Assembly: GCF_006345805.1 (NCBI RefSeq)
Contig: NC_043004.1
Location: 53,816,001-53,880,000, forward strand
DNA: 64,000 nt
From: Octopus sinensis
Taxonomy: Eukaryota
Reading direction: 5' to 3'
Shown: piece by piece, positions 38,607 to 53,824 of the stretch
Layout: each line of letters starts with the position of its first letter
How positions within the stretch are numbered: the stretch's first letter is position 1
Translations under genes and position numbers: made by a program
Notes under the pieces: model-generated
Told to the model about the DNA's origin: nothing
Databases searched by the model: none
What the model saw: the letters and a program-made list of their open reading frames with translations, nothing else

Positions 38607-38775
38607 CACACATGTTTTCTTTCCTTGTTTCTCTCCTTGTTTTTTCTGTGTCCCTTTCTGTAGAAGAGCGTAGGCTCGAAACGTAAAAGACTTTTTCAAT
38701 TCTTGAGCGTTATACTAATCATCCTTTGTTTTGTTACCACCCACTATCTTTTGTTTTTTTTTGTAACCTCTCCCT
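38607..38775 (+). mobile_element. PLE-type 3' end with a degenerate minimal hammerhead (38654-38689)
   Basis: CUUU-CUGUAGAA-GAGC guag GCUC-GAAAC-GUA|AAAG. Stems I and II pair, stem III is the palindrome ACGU, and the core is altered. The tail ends in (TA)n. Confidence 0.5.
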
Positions 38776-38814
38776 ATATATATATATATATATTGTATGT
38801 ATGTATGTATATCA

Positions 38815-39030
38815 TGAAGCAATGAGTTCGATTCCCGGATCCCACTGTGTGTTGTGTTCTTGGAGAAGGCACTTTATTTCACGTTGCTTCAGTTCACTCA
38901 GCTGAAGAAATGAGTTGTGATGTCACTGGTGGCAAGCTGTATCGGCCGGCACCTGTACCTCTTAGGAGAAGTACAATCCCAAGGTTATTTATGATCGAAG
39001 GACGTATTGATACTGGATATTTATGTGCAT
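38815..39030 (+). mobile_element. SINE family 4 (GTGTTCTTG...CACTTTATTTCACGTTGCT core)
   Basis: B-box-like GAGTTCGATTCC. Related copies lie on the minus strand at about 48160-48250 and 49270-49360. Confidence 0.65.
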
Positions 39031-39740
39031 GCGTGCGCGCGCTCGTGTGTGCGTGCGTTTGTTTGTTGTTGTTGAAGTCATGACTGTCATAAACTTCGAG
39101 AGGACATGAAATAAGTTTTGGTGGGAACAGTTAATCTAGAAACATAAACTTATCTTATAATAACATTGCATTTCTGGTTTTAAAAAGTACGGATAGAAAA
39201 TCTGGAAGACCACAGGTGAAGAACATAAATATAAATATAAGATGCGCACGAAGTGACTTTCGGAATACCTCTATACTTCTTATTAAATTTATTTTCATGA
39301 GTGAGAAATATATGTTTTTGACGTCATAAGAATTTATTCACAAGAGACCGTGAAATAATTCTTTATGAGAACGGTGTAGCTCGAAGCCGTAAAGCTATAA
39401 ATAATAGCATGTATACAAACTTAAATCTCGGTTGGTAGAAAAGGAATGTTGGTCACAAAAAGAATGTTTTCCCCGAAATTATAGATAAGATCAACAGTTC
39501 TTGCTAGATTCTTCCAGGTTATTCTGGCTGATGCTATTGTAATAAGGGTGTCCCAGAAGGCTTGGTAATCATGAATCCAGAGTGTTGTGATGTTATGAAC
39601 ACGTATTACTCGTAAAGGGGAAGCTATTCACTTGCAACGAACTTATCTACAATAGTAAATTTACGTTCGAATCTGCCGGAACTTACTTAGGAGTGAATAT
39701 GCAGATCTTCAAATTATCTTATATATATAATATATGCATA

Positions 39741-39794
<54 letters not shown>

Positions 39795-39951
39795 CAATAA
39801 TAAATCTCTGAACGAGGTACAAACAGTAACTGCACTACAATGTGAAGTACATTTGGCACATAAATGTGGCTAACCACTAAGGGTGGATGCTACTGTAGCT
39901 TGTAGGCCCATGAGAACATCTTATCCAACCGACTATTGACACACTTTCTAT

Positions 39952-39996
<45 letters not shown>

Positions 39997-40120
39997 CACA
40001 CATACACGCACATATATATACACACATACATATATACACACACAATTGGATATATATATATACATATACACTTATATGCAATATATATATGGTATATATA
40101 TGAATATCTATACACACACT

Positions 40121-40170
<50 letters not shown>

Positions 40171-40785
40171 ATATATATATATATATTATTAATTTATAAT
40201 CAAGAGTACTTGAGATAGAACCAGCATGCTAAAACAGCAGTCAAAAACGAATTAAGACCACAAACTTTCACTAAAACACAAAGGTGAAATCGTGTGAATG
40301 AGCAAGAGAATCCTGAAGACCCCATACAAATGACGTAAGAAATTGCAAATTGAAAAACCAAACGTACACTTATCACACCAGTTTCAAACAAATATCAATT
40401 AGTTTTCCTCGGTGAGTCTTACTGACCTAGGGTCATAGATTCCTGCTCATCTCAACCAATGTGTGCGATGACCGTTTTAAATACCGCAGCAAATTTAAAA
40501 AGGTGATCAAAGTGAATAAAAAATATGGAAAATTATAAGGATATCGTTTGCAACATCAGTGGCTTAGCATGCATAAAAAGTACAAAGGTGTGTGTTTTAG
40601 TAAAAGTTTGTGGTCTGAAGTCGTTTTGGAATGCTAAATTTAGCATCCCATTGCTATGTCTAGTACCCTTCATTATTATTTAATAATTACTTACCTTAAT
40701 GGGTTTTTTTACGCATGCTAACACACTGACACTGATGTAAACACTATCTTTATATATACATGCATACACACACACACACGCACAT

Positions 40786-40857
<72 letters not shown>

Positions 40858-40876
40858 GTATGTATTTAATAGGTAA

Positions 40877-40950
<74 letters not shown>

Positions 40951-40959
40951 GTAGGTAGG

Positions 40960-41007
<48 letters not shown>

Positions 41008-41297
41008 CATATATACACCCATACATATACACGAACACACTCATCCAGACACTGACACACACAGACACACGCTCTCACGCATACATACACATACACACAC
41101 AGACACACACACACACAGAAACATATACGAAGTTTTAAATTCATTCAGTCAGATACCCGACAACCACTAAAAAATCGAAATATTTTATTCGTCTGTAATG
41201 ACGAAGAACCGAGTTAGAAGATTCACGTGTTTCGCGTATGTCAGAGAAAAGAAATTAAAGTGTGTGTAATTACGAATATAATACAGTAAATCATGAG

Positions 41298-41335
<38 letters not shown>

Positions 41336-42862
41336 CGGAGGCAGACAGACAGACAGACAACAGAATAATTAGACAATGCATACCTATTTCTCTATATTTA
41401 TATTATTAAATGCAGCCGTCGAGACAGAACTTAACATTTGAATTATGTTATTTCTTAGTTCAGATCCAGGAATTAAACCAACCAGTCGCATTATTCACAT
41501 GTTATTGATAAATTAAATTATTGAAACCATTCAAGAGTTTTGATAATAAAGAAAATTCCATTTTATTCAGAACACAACTATGAACGTCTGAATACTACAC
41601 AGGAAATATAAATATATCAGTAAGAGGAATCCTGTAAAGAAACCAGGCACTTTGTTATATTACAATTTTCTCGAACAGACAGACATTTTCTCCCTCTACT
41701 TGTCTCTCTTTCTTCCTCTCTCATTCTCCCTCCCACTCCTATCCCCGTCTCTCGCTTTCACTATGAAATCCACAGTCGTTGTTTTCTTTTTTAAGACTCC
41801 CTTTACTCTCTCTCTCTCCCTATCTTACTAATACCCGTATTAAGTCTTTGTTTCTGATTTCCAATGAAAATAGTAACAAGCATTTAAGAAATACTGTATG
41901 TGAATTATATACATTCATATACACATACATACTTGTACATACATTGGCTGTGCAGCCGCAGGTGTGGCTGCACCTTCCGACCACATGGATCTGGGTTCAG
42001 TCCCACTGCTTGGCACCTTGGTCAAATGTCTTCTACTAAGGCCACAGACCGACCAAAACCTTGGCAGTGGATTGCCTAGACGGGAACTGAAAGCCCGTCC
42101 GTCGTTCATATGCATACATACATACATACATACATACATACATACATACATACATACAAATATACAGTCAGACAGACAAACATATACTGAGAGTAACAGA
42201 CAGACAGACGGACAGATAGACAGATAGGTATGGACGTATATGTGATGCTATTTATGTGTCCGTGTTTGACTCCCATCACTGCTTGGCTAGTAATGTCGAT
42301 TTGTTTGTAGTGCGTACCATAGCGGTAGAATTATTCAGGCTGAAAAGTATAACTAGGTCGATTCGAGCGACTAAAATCCAGCAGTCTAATGACTGAAACA
42401 AGTGAAAGATAAAAGATAAATATATATATATATGACCATTCAAAATACTACAATCAAGGCACTCCCAAATTCTTCGTCTTCTTCTCTCCTTCTCCTCCTC
42501 CTCCTCCTCCTCCTCCTCCTTCTTTTCCTTCTTCTTCTTCTTCTTCTTCTTCTTCTTTTTCTTCTTCCCTACCAAGAATTCACAAGAGTAAACAAGAGAG
42601 ACAGAGAAAGGCAGAAACAAGGAAAATGCCACTTATATTTGAACACTATACTCTTTTACTCTTTTACATGTTTCGGTCATTTGACTGCGGCCATGCTGGA
42701 GCACCGCCTTTAATATACAAATATTCTTTTAAAAAAACTTTTCTTTTAATTCTTCTAAATCTAGTTATTTAATTGTTGTACTTGAAAAGGTCTCAATGGC
42801 TGAAACCGGTACTGAAATGTTCTTTATAAAATTCTTTTAGCATTTTCTATCCTGACTTGTTT

Positions 42863-42911
<49 letters not shown>

Positions 42912-43221
42912 CACACACATGCAGAGAATGAGAGGCAGAGTGAGAGAAAAAGAGAAAACAGCCGTGCATTTACATTTACATACAAAAGAAAATTTGGTAA
43001 TTAATTCGAAAAGTTTCGCCTATATAGATTTCATGACTTATGAGGTCTAGTGAACTGAAACATCGAATTCAATGAAACGTATCCAGTTAAAGAGACTTCA
43101 ACAGATACCCTTCGATGAATGATCCAACGTGCTGTTTGAAGTTAATGGGGATCCATTCTGGGCTTGATTTGTTTTCAGATAATCTTAAATACATATAATC
43201 CTAAATTGATCAATATACCAA

Positions 43222-43431
43222 TTACTTTATTACCCACAAGGGCTAAACACAGAGGGGGACAAACAAGGACAGACATAAGTATTAAGTCGATTACATCGAC
43301 CCTAGTGCGAAACTGGTACTTTATTTATCGACCCCGAAAGGATGAAAGGCAAAGTCGACCTCGGCGGAATTCGAACTCAGAACGTAACGACAGACGAAAT
43401 ACCGCTAAGCATTTCGCCCGGCGCGCTAACG
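43222..43431 (-). mobile_element. SINE family 2 (CGTTACGTTCTGAGTTCGAATTCCGCCGAGGTCGAC) with a 16-bp TSD
   Basis: TSD TTGATCAATATACCAA at 43206-43221 and 43432-43447. Other copies lie at about 45866-46057, 46058-46220, 58985-59160, 63340-63510 and 3540-3600. Confidence 0.88.
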
Positions 43432-44009
43432 TTGATCAATATACCAACTGAATTATCCTACTAGTAAATGTACCGAAAATGACTAGTGGAATCAGCTGTT
43501 AGCCAAATTTCCTCGAATAAAGAAAAAATATATATAACGCTCATTATTTTAACTTGTTTCTTCGATATATCCCTCAGTGTAAAACCCAGATCGTCTGAGC
43601 CCATCCTCTTATTTACAGTATAGAACTGTGATAAAACATAACCTTGCACCGTTCCAAGGTCGACTTTGCCTTTCATCCTTTCAGGTCAATATTGTTAGCC
43701 TGGTGTGTTAACAGATAGCTAATGAAATTTTCTGCCGGGATTGATAATCTCGTAAGGGACGTAATGCACACTGCAGATTTATATGTGCACTGATGATTAA
43801 ACAGTAAGCAAGTTTGCTGCTTCTAACCTAAGAATGCCACAGAAATGTAGTTTTGATATAAAAATTAATTCGTTTATGCATCAACTCCACTCGTCTTGGT
43901 TTGATTGCGACCTCGTATAATATCTTGTTATGCATACTAGCTTTTATATGCGTTTGCGCGTGTGTATTTTTGCGTGTGCGTTGGCATATATGAGTAATTA
44001 TAGTGTATA

Positions 44010-44090
<81 letters not shown>

Positions 44091-44127
44091 GGACGAATAT
44101 GTGTCTGTGTTATTTTATTCCCCTCAA

Positions 44128-47100
44128 CACCAAGGTGTTTGTGTCCAAGTCGTTCAAAATCCTTTTCTCGATGGAAATACGAGCCAGTGAAGACAGTCGT
44201 TCTTGGACCATTGTGCTTCTCAAATATGAGCGGATTGTAGCCAACGTTGAGAAATTTCTCTCATGAGCGACTGATGTTAAGGGGATGGTCAGCACTAGAT
44301 CAGTTAGTTTAATGGATTCCGGCATAGCGGAAGTCAACTCCAATTTATAAAGTAATTCTAAGGTGGAGTTGATTGACTTGCATCTTTTGAAATCACTCTC
44401 AATATACATGTATTTTAGCTTTCACTAAGCTCTTACAGTTAAAAATACAGGGATACTTGATTTCTGGAGAGTCCATATGTTCCATGGGAAACGGGTTAGC
44501 AAACTTTTCTATCTTATTAATCTCTTGTAATAAAAAAAAATGCATGGTTTTGAATGCCAGAAAATCTCTCTCGTACGGAATGTTATTAATTACATCAAAA
44601 TAGGTAGTTTTGTATTTAACTTGTGCACCTCTGACTCTTTATCTAGGAGGAAGATCGGACTCATCTACCTGTTCAATGACAGCAGCTGACTGGTGTAGAA
44701 GGCTTTTCATAATGTTCGTCCTTACGATATCCTTCAACACAATGAATGAAATCATTTAGTTCACTCTGACCATGCTTTATGTCGAGTAGCTTACATTGTA
44801 GGATATCAAAAACTTTTCCAGCCTCAGAAAGTATTGTTATGAGAGTAACTGATGAAAAACATGAATGTGTAATCTTTGCCATTAGATTGTCTGTTTGACA
44901 AAGTGCATCTTCATCCTTCTTTTCACGAGAGCCTAGAATACGTATGGAGATATTTTTCAAGTTGCCATCCAATAGTTTTATGGATAACACAGTCATTGAT
45001 CTCTACCTCCATCTTCTTTCGCACAGTGATGGAATACTGACATTAAACTGCCTAAACACGTTTTTTCCGCTTGGTGCTGTAGGATGTAAATTTACTAAAT
45101 GCACGTAAATGAGGAAAAAGAAAAAAACATTTTTATTCCACTCACTCACCTTCTCGGCACTTTTACTCAAGACTAAGTTAAGTTTATGCAGTGTGCGTGT
45201 TTAAATCCTTTATCTTTTAATTTGCCCTGTACTCAGTTTAGCTTATCTCTCCTTACAGCTGTTCCATCTTAAGTCTGGCTCAATAATTTATCTGTAACAT
45301 CACCGAAGGAGTTCAAAGCAGTTGCGATCACAACAGCCAGTCTTCTAGCACTTGTTTCATCACTGACTTCATAGAATCCAAGAAATCGTTCACCTGTTTT
45401 TGTCTTCATATAAATATCTTTTTATGATTGACAGTTGGGCATGCATTGCACAGTTTGTAGTTTCATCGGAGTGTACAGGCATAAACAGAGATTTGTGAAC
45501 TTTACTTCTAATTTCATCAGAGATGGCATTTCCAACCGCGTGCATTTGGTCATTTTGTATTGTACTTGAGAATCCTGAAAACTGTTTCGATCCTTCTTTA
45601 TAGAAAGTCGAGAAGCAAACACGCTGTCGATTTCAGCAAAGTACTTCAGTAGTACACGGTAATTTCCTCTATTAAGTCTGTGACTTCTTTCATCATGTCC
45701 ACGTAAAGGCAACTCTTGTTTACACAGATATAACACTGCATTTGTCACCTGCTTTATATATTGTCTGTTTTCTTCAGCTGCTTTGTTATGCCGTTCATTT
45801 TCCAGTTTAGCAGACTCACTAATAGTTGTCACAATATCGCACAGTCCGACGCCGGGCAAAATGCTTTGTGGCATTTCGTCTGCCGTTACGTTCTGAGTTC
45901 AAAGTCCCACTAGGTCGACTTTGCCTTTCATCCTTTCGGGGTCGATTAAATAAGTACCAGTTACTCACTGGAATCGATATAATCGACTTAATCCGTTTGT
46001 CTATCCTTGTTTGTCCCCTTTGTGTTTAGCCCCTTGTGGGTAGTAAAGAAATAAGTATTTCGTCTGCCGTTACGTTCTGAGTTCAAATTCCGCCAAGGTC
46101 AACTTTGCCTTTCATCCTTTCGGGTCAATAAATTAATTACCAGTTGCGTACTGGAGTCGATCTAATCGACTGGCACCCTTCCCGAAGATTTCGGGCCTTG
46201 TGCCTAGAGTTGATAAGAATATCATACAGTCCGAAAGTTTTCAAGCTTTTATAACTACTTAAATGACTGACTGATTTACAGTGTTGCTTACAGGATGTTT
46301 TATATAATTATCATAGCCTCCATCTGTCCACGACAGATTAGCTTTTCTTTGAAACAACAAACATGGCCAGCAATAGAGTTTCTCTGTGACGCTACTTGCG
46401 CAAATCCAATCAATCTATTCATACCATTTTATGTAGAATGTTCGAGTTCTAACTTTAGTTTTCAATGAAGGAGTCGGCCTACATGGTCGAAGTATTTCAC
46501 ACTTTTCCGCAATATTTCTATCCCCGAATGGCTTATTTTTCATATCTAGCAGTATGTCTTTCCATTTCTAAGCTAACTTTCGATTTCTAAGTAAAAATAA
46601 GGCAACCATACAAAACACAACTGATCTTTGCACACAGAGACACAGAATAACAGCAATCAAATAATGAAAGCGGAGTACACAAGTATCACCGATCTGACTA
46701 TCACCTGTGTCGTTGACAAGATATGTTACCTAGTTCTTTACACTTACCAGGTTCCTTCGTATTAGCCCGAGTTGCTGCATAAAAACAATCAAATAATGAA
46801 AGCGGAGTGCACAACAAACATCACCGATCTGACTGTCGTTTGTACTCTTGACGCTTCTACTCGTTTATATCAAACCAAGCTGCTGGATAATCTTTCGTTC
46901 CTTTAGAAATATTGTAGAAGGGAAACTTTTCATAGATTGGAATTTATCGATTCAAAAAAACATTGAATTTGAATTACTTATAATTTTTACGATCATAGAT
47001 AACAACTCGAGCTGTAAATTCAGAGCCCGAGTCAGGTGCGTGTGAACGATGTCGAGAGAATGTCTGTTACGAACGATATTTCTTGACACAGGGCTCTAAG

Positions 47101-47292
47101 ACGACCGCCAGACGCTGAACAAAAACAAATGAACTGCGACCAGGTTCAATGCAAGGACCTCGAGTTATTGGCTGAAATTACATACTTGAAGTCAGTGTTG
47201 CCAGAAATTAAATCAGTTTAAAAATACACGTTCACTCTACTAAATTTAAACTCGGGCTAAGCCCGAGCAGCCCGAGTGCCTGAGTTACCACT
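44128..47292 (-). mobile_element. hAT-superfamily transposon remnant (ZMYM1-like/DUF4371 type), interrupted by SINEs
   Basis: Dimerisation domain LTIPLTSVAHERNFSTLATIRSYLRSTMVQERLSSLARISIEK (44110-44409). DUF4371-like NRQYIKQVTNAVLYLCKQELPLRGHDE...NRGNYRVLL (45422-45874). TTF-type Zn finger IDWICASSVTEKLYCWPCLLF (about 46340-46420). Probable terminus CAGTGGTAACTC with CCCGAG subterminal repeats at about 47292. Confidence 0.85.
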
Positions 47293-47699
47293 GATATATA
47301 TATATAAATTCAACAACAATTGAGGAACGGCCTCAATAGGCCATTCGACCCACTAGAAAGAGCAGCCAGGACTCAAACCGTCAAGTAGTAGTAATTCAGA
47401 AATTAAAGGAAAATTAAAAAAACATTTACCCTATTCATTTTTAGACAATGCATTGTTTCGACGTTTTTAATGGCAAACCAGCCTAATTAAATTAAATTAA
47501 ACGTAATCAAGTCAATCTACCAAAGGCTACGTGTCATCGGTAAAGAAGCCAGGAGGGGCAGATATACACGACGCATCTGTATCTACGCCCCAGGAATATC
47601 TGCCCTAAAATTTTCAAAGCCATCGTACTCGCGCCAACTTATTGAATTTTTTGCTACCCTATATTGATTAATATATATATATATATTTACACACACACG

Positions 47700-48273
47700 C
47701 ACACACACACACACACCCTCATGGTTGGTGCTGTTTCATCAGTATCCTTACACTCGTTTCGAAGTGAAACTGAATCAGTAACGTGTTTTGTATGAGGCAT
47801 GGGTGCCACTATTAATAGTTGTAAGAATTTTCGAAACGGTTAAGGACCCTGATGAAACTACACCAACCACGACACTATGCTGCATTTCCAACAGTGTGCA
47901 GTCGCTGCAGTTAAAACACGTGTAGGTCCTGTAAAGATGATGTAAATGACTCTTAAATAAAATTATGGATATTAGATAAAATTATGAATTCTCCCGCCGT
48001 CAAACGATGTATGAGTGTTCGGCAATTTCTTGATGGACAACCACACAAATGAATTGCTTATAGTGATCAAATGTTCGTGTTCACAAAGCTCACTCTGTCC
48101 ATCAACTCCACATTACTTGTACAAGTGCACCGTGTGCCGCCGCATGGCACATGAGGAAATTATCGCAGAGCAACGGGAAATGAAGTGCTTTGCTCAAGAA
48201 CACAACGCAATGCCTTGAATGGTAATCGAACCCATGATCTCAGAATCGTGAGTATATGTACATGTATATGGAT

Positions 48274-48318
<45 letters not shown>

Positions 48319-49383
48319 TATATATATATGTTTGTGTGTGTGTGTGTGTGTATGCGTGTGTGTTTATGTATGTATGTGTATGTATTAACCATAGGACCAA
48401 AGACTAAAAAGATTCGTAGAGTAGTTAGACAAATGTAACATTGTGCCTGCCAGTGAATAAGCAGGAAACCTAATTATGCAACCCACCTGTCACGTTTGCA
48501 TATGATAATTTCATGTATATATATATAGATATGTATGTATACATATCGAGATGGATATATAACTAGCGAGGTAGACAGATTAACAGACACACAACACACA
48601 CACACACACACACCACACACACACACACTACATATATGAAGATATATACATTCACACGTATATGTGCACAGGTTTCTACACAAACATTTTTATGTGTATT
48701 TGTATATGAATATATAAGTGTGCGTTTATGCGTATGAATCAACATGTTTATATATATATATATGCTTCTACGTAGGTGGCTACTTACACACACACAAGCA
48801 CACACACAACACACACACACACACCCTCATGGTTGGTGCTGTTTCATCAGTATCCTTACACTCGTTTCGAAGTGAAACTGAATCAGTAACGTGTTTTGTA
48901 TGAGGCATGGGTGCCACTATTAATAGTTGTAAGAATTTTCGAAACGGTTAAGGACCCTGATGAAACTACACCAACCACGACACTATGCTGCATTTCCAAC
49001 AGTGTGCAGTCGCTGCAGTTAAAACACGTGTAGGTCCTGTAAAGATGATGTAAATGACTCTTAAATAAAATTATGGATATTAGATAAAATTATGAATTCT
49101 CCCGCCGTCAAACGATGTATGAGTGTTCGGCAATTTCTTGATGGACAACCACACAAATGAATTGCTTATAGTGATCAAATGTTCGTGTTCACAAAGCTCA
49201 CTCTGTCCATCAACTCCACATTACTTGTACAAGTGCACCGTGTGCCGCCGCATGGCACATGAGGAAATTATCGCAGAGCAACGGGAAATGAAGTGCTTTG
49301 CTCAAGAACACAACGCAATGCCTTGAATGGTAATCGAACCCATGATCTCAGAATCGTGAGTATATGTACATGTATATGGATAT

Positions 49384-49425
<42 letters not shown>

Positions 49426-49684
49426 TGTGTGTGTGTGTGTGTGTATGCGTGTGTGTTTATGTATGTATGTGTATGTATTAACCATAGGACCAAAGACTAA
49501 AAAGATTCGTAGAGTAGTTAGACAAATGTAACATTGTGCCTGCCAGTGAATAAGCAGGAAACCTAATTATGCAACCCACCTGTCACGTTTGCATATGATA
49601 ATTTCATGTATATATATATAGATATGTATGTATACATATCGAGATGGATATATAACTAGCGAGGTAGACAGATTAACAGACACA

Positions 49685-49719
<35 letters not shown>

Positions 49720-49910
49720 CATATATGAAGATATATACATTCACACGTATATGTGCACAGGTTTCTACACAAACATTTTTATGTGTATTTGTATATGAAT
49801 ATATAAGTGTGCGTTTATGCGTATGAATCAACATGTTTATATATATATATATGCTTCTACGTAGGTGGCTACTTACACACACACAAGCACACACACAACA
49901 CACACACACA
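47700..49910. repeat. Local tandem duplication, period about 1108 bp
   Basis: CACCCTCATGGTTGGTGCTG begins at about 47713 and again at about 48821. The unique sequence is essentially identical and only microsatellite lengths differ. Confidence 0.92.
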
Positions 49911-49924
49911 CACAAACATCCCCC

Positions 49925-49975
<51 letters not shown>

Positions 49976-50029
49976 GCATCTGTTTCCATGTGCTTGTGTG
50001 TATATGTATGTATATATATATAAATGTTA

Positions 50030-50080
<51 letters not shown>

Positions 50081-50574
50081 TACACGCACATATGCTGTGT
50101 GTAAATGGTATGTATAAGATGTATATGATAATTAGATTGCTATATAAAATATTCATACAGCGGTCCTTTCTAAATGCTATTGTATGTGACCTGTGAACCA
50201 TATTTTATTAGGGAGATCGATAAGTAGAAATCATAACACTGATTGAATTAGGCAAAGAATATAATATATCCTGAAAGAAAGAAGTCTCTTTGTGTGTGGC
50301 TATGTATGTGTTTGAAGAATTATAGCAGTTAGTATGAATATATATGAATATGTGTGTGTGTGTGTGCGTGTGTTGCGTATGTGTGTATGTATGCGTAAGT
50401 ATAGCTTTAGGTGTGCATATGCTATAATACATAAACAGCTGGAATTGGAGAAACTTCGATATTTATGTAGATTCTTGTAAGATATTTACATATGTATGTA
50501 AATTGGAATAATAAACCTTTATATAACAATATGAATGCAAAGATGTACATATCTATCGATAACCATACCTACAA

Positions 50575-50626
<52 letters not shown>

Positions 50627-51109
50627 ACATGAACTGTGCATTTGTGCGTGTATATGAATAGGGAATGTCGTTCTGCGTATTTATTCTCGCACTTAAGGAC
50701 TGTTGCGTTTTTCTTGACATGTTAATTTGTATTATATGCGATCTTCAGAAATGGAAAATTATATTATGGGTTCAAATGTGGAATTGTGACATTTCTAAGG
50801 AAGTAACTCATTTGCATTTCCAGCATTTCAACATCAAACTTACAGTAATGTTTAACACATTACCCGCCATGGATCACCTTTGTTGGTTTACTTCCGATTC
50901 TAATATCCAAGGAAATGTATCGTAGTATGGACTCGCTAATCTGTATCCATAAATGTAAATACATGACCTTAATCTCACACTCGAAGGCGCGCGCGCTCAC
51001 ACACACACAAACAAATATACACACATGCACACACACACACACACACACACCACACACACACACACGCAAACACACAAACATACATGCACACACACACATT
51101 ATCATTTTC

Positions 51110-51300
51110 TTCTTCATGTTATTAATCTTTTTGAGCCATATTTGTAGTTGAGTGCGCCAATTACTATTGGTATCACGTCTATTCTCCTCAATGATCCCAA
51201 CCTCCATATTTTCCACTTTAAATCACCGTAGTTGTTCAGTTTCCCTTCTTTCTTTTTGATACCGTTGTCGACGGGACACGCTATGTCGATTATTGTGCAT
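51110..51300 (-). mobile_element. R4/Dong-type RLE 3' fragment
   Basis: Manual translation TIIDIACPVDNGIKKKEGKLNNYGDLKWKIWRL...DVIPIVIGAL. Confidence 0.6.
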
Positions 51301-51337
51301 GTTCTTCATCTTCTTCTACTTCTTCTTCTTCATCTAC

Positions 51338-51401
<64 letters not shown>

Positions 51402-53815
51402 CATTCAGTGATCTTGTTTTTATCACGTACTTTAAATGCCCTACCGAGCGTAGCTCTGTTTGCTTTGGGTATGTTCTGTGGTTTGTTGTGTTGCTCTTAT
51501 AGTTACTGTACTGAAAATGTTATTACGTAGAATGTGTACGGTACCTAGTGGTGCTATTTTCTGTATGTTATATATACTTGTTATTCCTGGTGTTTTTGTT
51601 ATGTATAATTGCATGAATATTTTTTTTATCATACCCAGTGCGCCTATTATGATAGGAATTGTTTCTGTTTTTAGATTCCACATTCTGGTTACCTCTATTT
51701 CCAAGTCTTTGTATTTTGAAAGTTTCTCCATTTCTTTAAGAGAAACGTTGTCATCTGCTGGTACTGATACATCAATTAGAAAGCATTTTTTACTTCATAA
51801 TCTCTGACAACTATATCTGGCTTATTGGCCTTAATTTCTGTATCTGCTTGTATTCGCACATCCCATAGAATGGTTGTTTTTTTCATTTTCTGTGACCTTT
51901 TCTGGCGTGTGCCTATACCATCTTGTTTCTATTATTATTCCATAGTGTTGGCATAGCCTCCAGTTTATGTAGGTCCCAACTCTGTCGTGTCTGTGAATAT
52001 ATTCCTTTCTAGCCAAGAATGGACAGCCAGAGACAATATGATTTATTGTTTCTTGTCTTTCTCCACATATTCTGCAATTACTTGTTTTGTTTCTTTTCTT
52101 TATATGCTTTTGGTAATTTCTTGTGGGGAGGCTTTGGTCCGGTGCTGCAATTAAAAACCCATCAGTCTCTGCTTTCAGTCTTGAGCTTCTCTGCCATTGT
52201 TGGGATTTTGCTTTGTCTAATTCTTTTACGTTTAGTTTAACGCAGTATTAGCCACGAAGGGACTTATCTTGCCATGGTTTTACCATGATCCGTTGCTGTT
52301 CCAGTTTTAGTTTAGATTTCAGTTGTTTTGTTGTTTCTTTATTTTCTCCATAGTTGTCTGTATTTGTCAGCTTCCTTAAAGACTGAAATCAATTTTTGTT
52401 GCTTTCCTTGCTTCTGTAGTAGGTATTTTTATAGTCCTATGGTGTTTATTTTGCAATAGTTTTCTAGCTGTATAAGGCTTGTATCGCCTTGTATACGTTT
52501 GTATATATAACCTTTCTATGTCAGGTTGTGGGTGGTGCATCCTAAATCCTGTCATTATTTTACTAGTTTCCCTGTCTATTTTTTAGTTCATTTAGTGTCC
52601 AGTTAAAAATATTGAAGTTATATCTGGGACAACTAGAGTGTTGATACCTAATGTATGTCATGCTTTGGTCTAATTCTCTTATTTCATTTGCTTTATCTAC
52701 TCTTAACTAGTTTTCCTCTTTTCAAGGTTGCTTTCTCACATTTTTCTAAGCCAAATTTCATGTTTATTTCTTTGGTAAATCAATGTACTGTCTGTAGTAA
52801 TGTTTCCAGCTGTTTATCATCTGTAGGGTACGGTTTGAGGTCTTCCTCTACTAATGGGGATGGCTTTGGTTTTTATGAGTCCCTCTTTTGTCTGCAGCTG
52901 TAGCACTGTCTGCCATTTATTCATGGAATGTGTTATATATTTTATGATTATTGGTGCTACCTTGTTCGTGGCTAATGTTTCTAAGATCCATGTTTGGAGA
53001 ATACTATCAAAAGCCATTCGGCAATAGATCCAGGTCATACTTAGACCCTTCTTCTTTCTGCGGCTATCTTCCATTATGCATTTATTGATAATTAGTTGAT
53101 CTTTACAGCCATTTGAGCTCTTGCAGCATCCCTTCTGCTCTTCTGGAAACAGGTTGTTTTCTTCCAGATGCTTGCTCATTCTCTGCGATATTATTGCAGT
53201 ACAGGCTTTGTAAATTTTAGACAGACAAGTTATTGATCTGTAATTTTGTGGCTTTGCCGTACCAGTGGATTTGTGAATTAGGATAGTTTTTCCCTCCGCT
53301 AACCATTCAGGCATTGTCGCTGGCTCTGCTAGTATGTCTTTAAATTTTTGTTCCTGTCACATATTTTAACCAGAAGTTGGGGGATCTTGTCGTACCCAGC
53401 TGCCTTCCAGTTGCTTAGTTTTTGCAGTACCTGGGTGACCTCTCCAGCTGTTATTGGGATCCGCTGTTGTTCGTTGCCGAGTTCGTTGTTTTGATAGACC
53501 TTTTCTGAGATTGTTCCTTCGCCGTCCATATTTCTTTCCAAAATTCTTCCACTTCTCCTGTTGGTGCTGCATTGATGTCTATATTATTTTTGCCAAGTTC
53601 TTAGTAGAATCCTTTGGGGTTGCAGTTGAACTGTTTGTTTTGTTCAAAGAAACGTAGGCATTTCTCATACCGGCGGATTCTTTGTGCTTTGGCAAGGATA
53701 TCTTGCTTTAGCTGCTCTTTTACCCCCATGTATACCTTTTTCTGAAATTTTGTATTTACACAGTATTGTTTTCTTTTTTTGCTTAGTAGTGTTAATTGTC
53801 GACTAGTTTCGTCAA
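51338..53815 (-). mobile_element. R4/Dong-clade (RLE) non-LTR retrotransposon, 5'-truncated, with an internal deletion and (AAT)n tail
   Basis: RT motifs NWKAAGYDKI; WLAEGKTILIHK...PQNYRSITCL...EEQKGC..GCKDQLIIN. The segment carrying QGDSLSP/YMDD is missing near 52850. The C terminus reads KEYIHRHDRVG...NKPDIVV...LIDVSVP...EKLSKYKDLEIEVTRMW. Confidence 0.9.
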
Positions 53816-53824
53816 GGTATGGGA

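Noticed and set aside
47845-47860. CCCTGATGAAAC (also at about 48955)
   Set aside because: The core abuts GAAA with no stem II.
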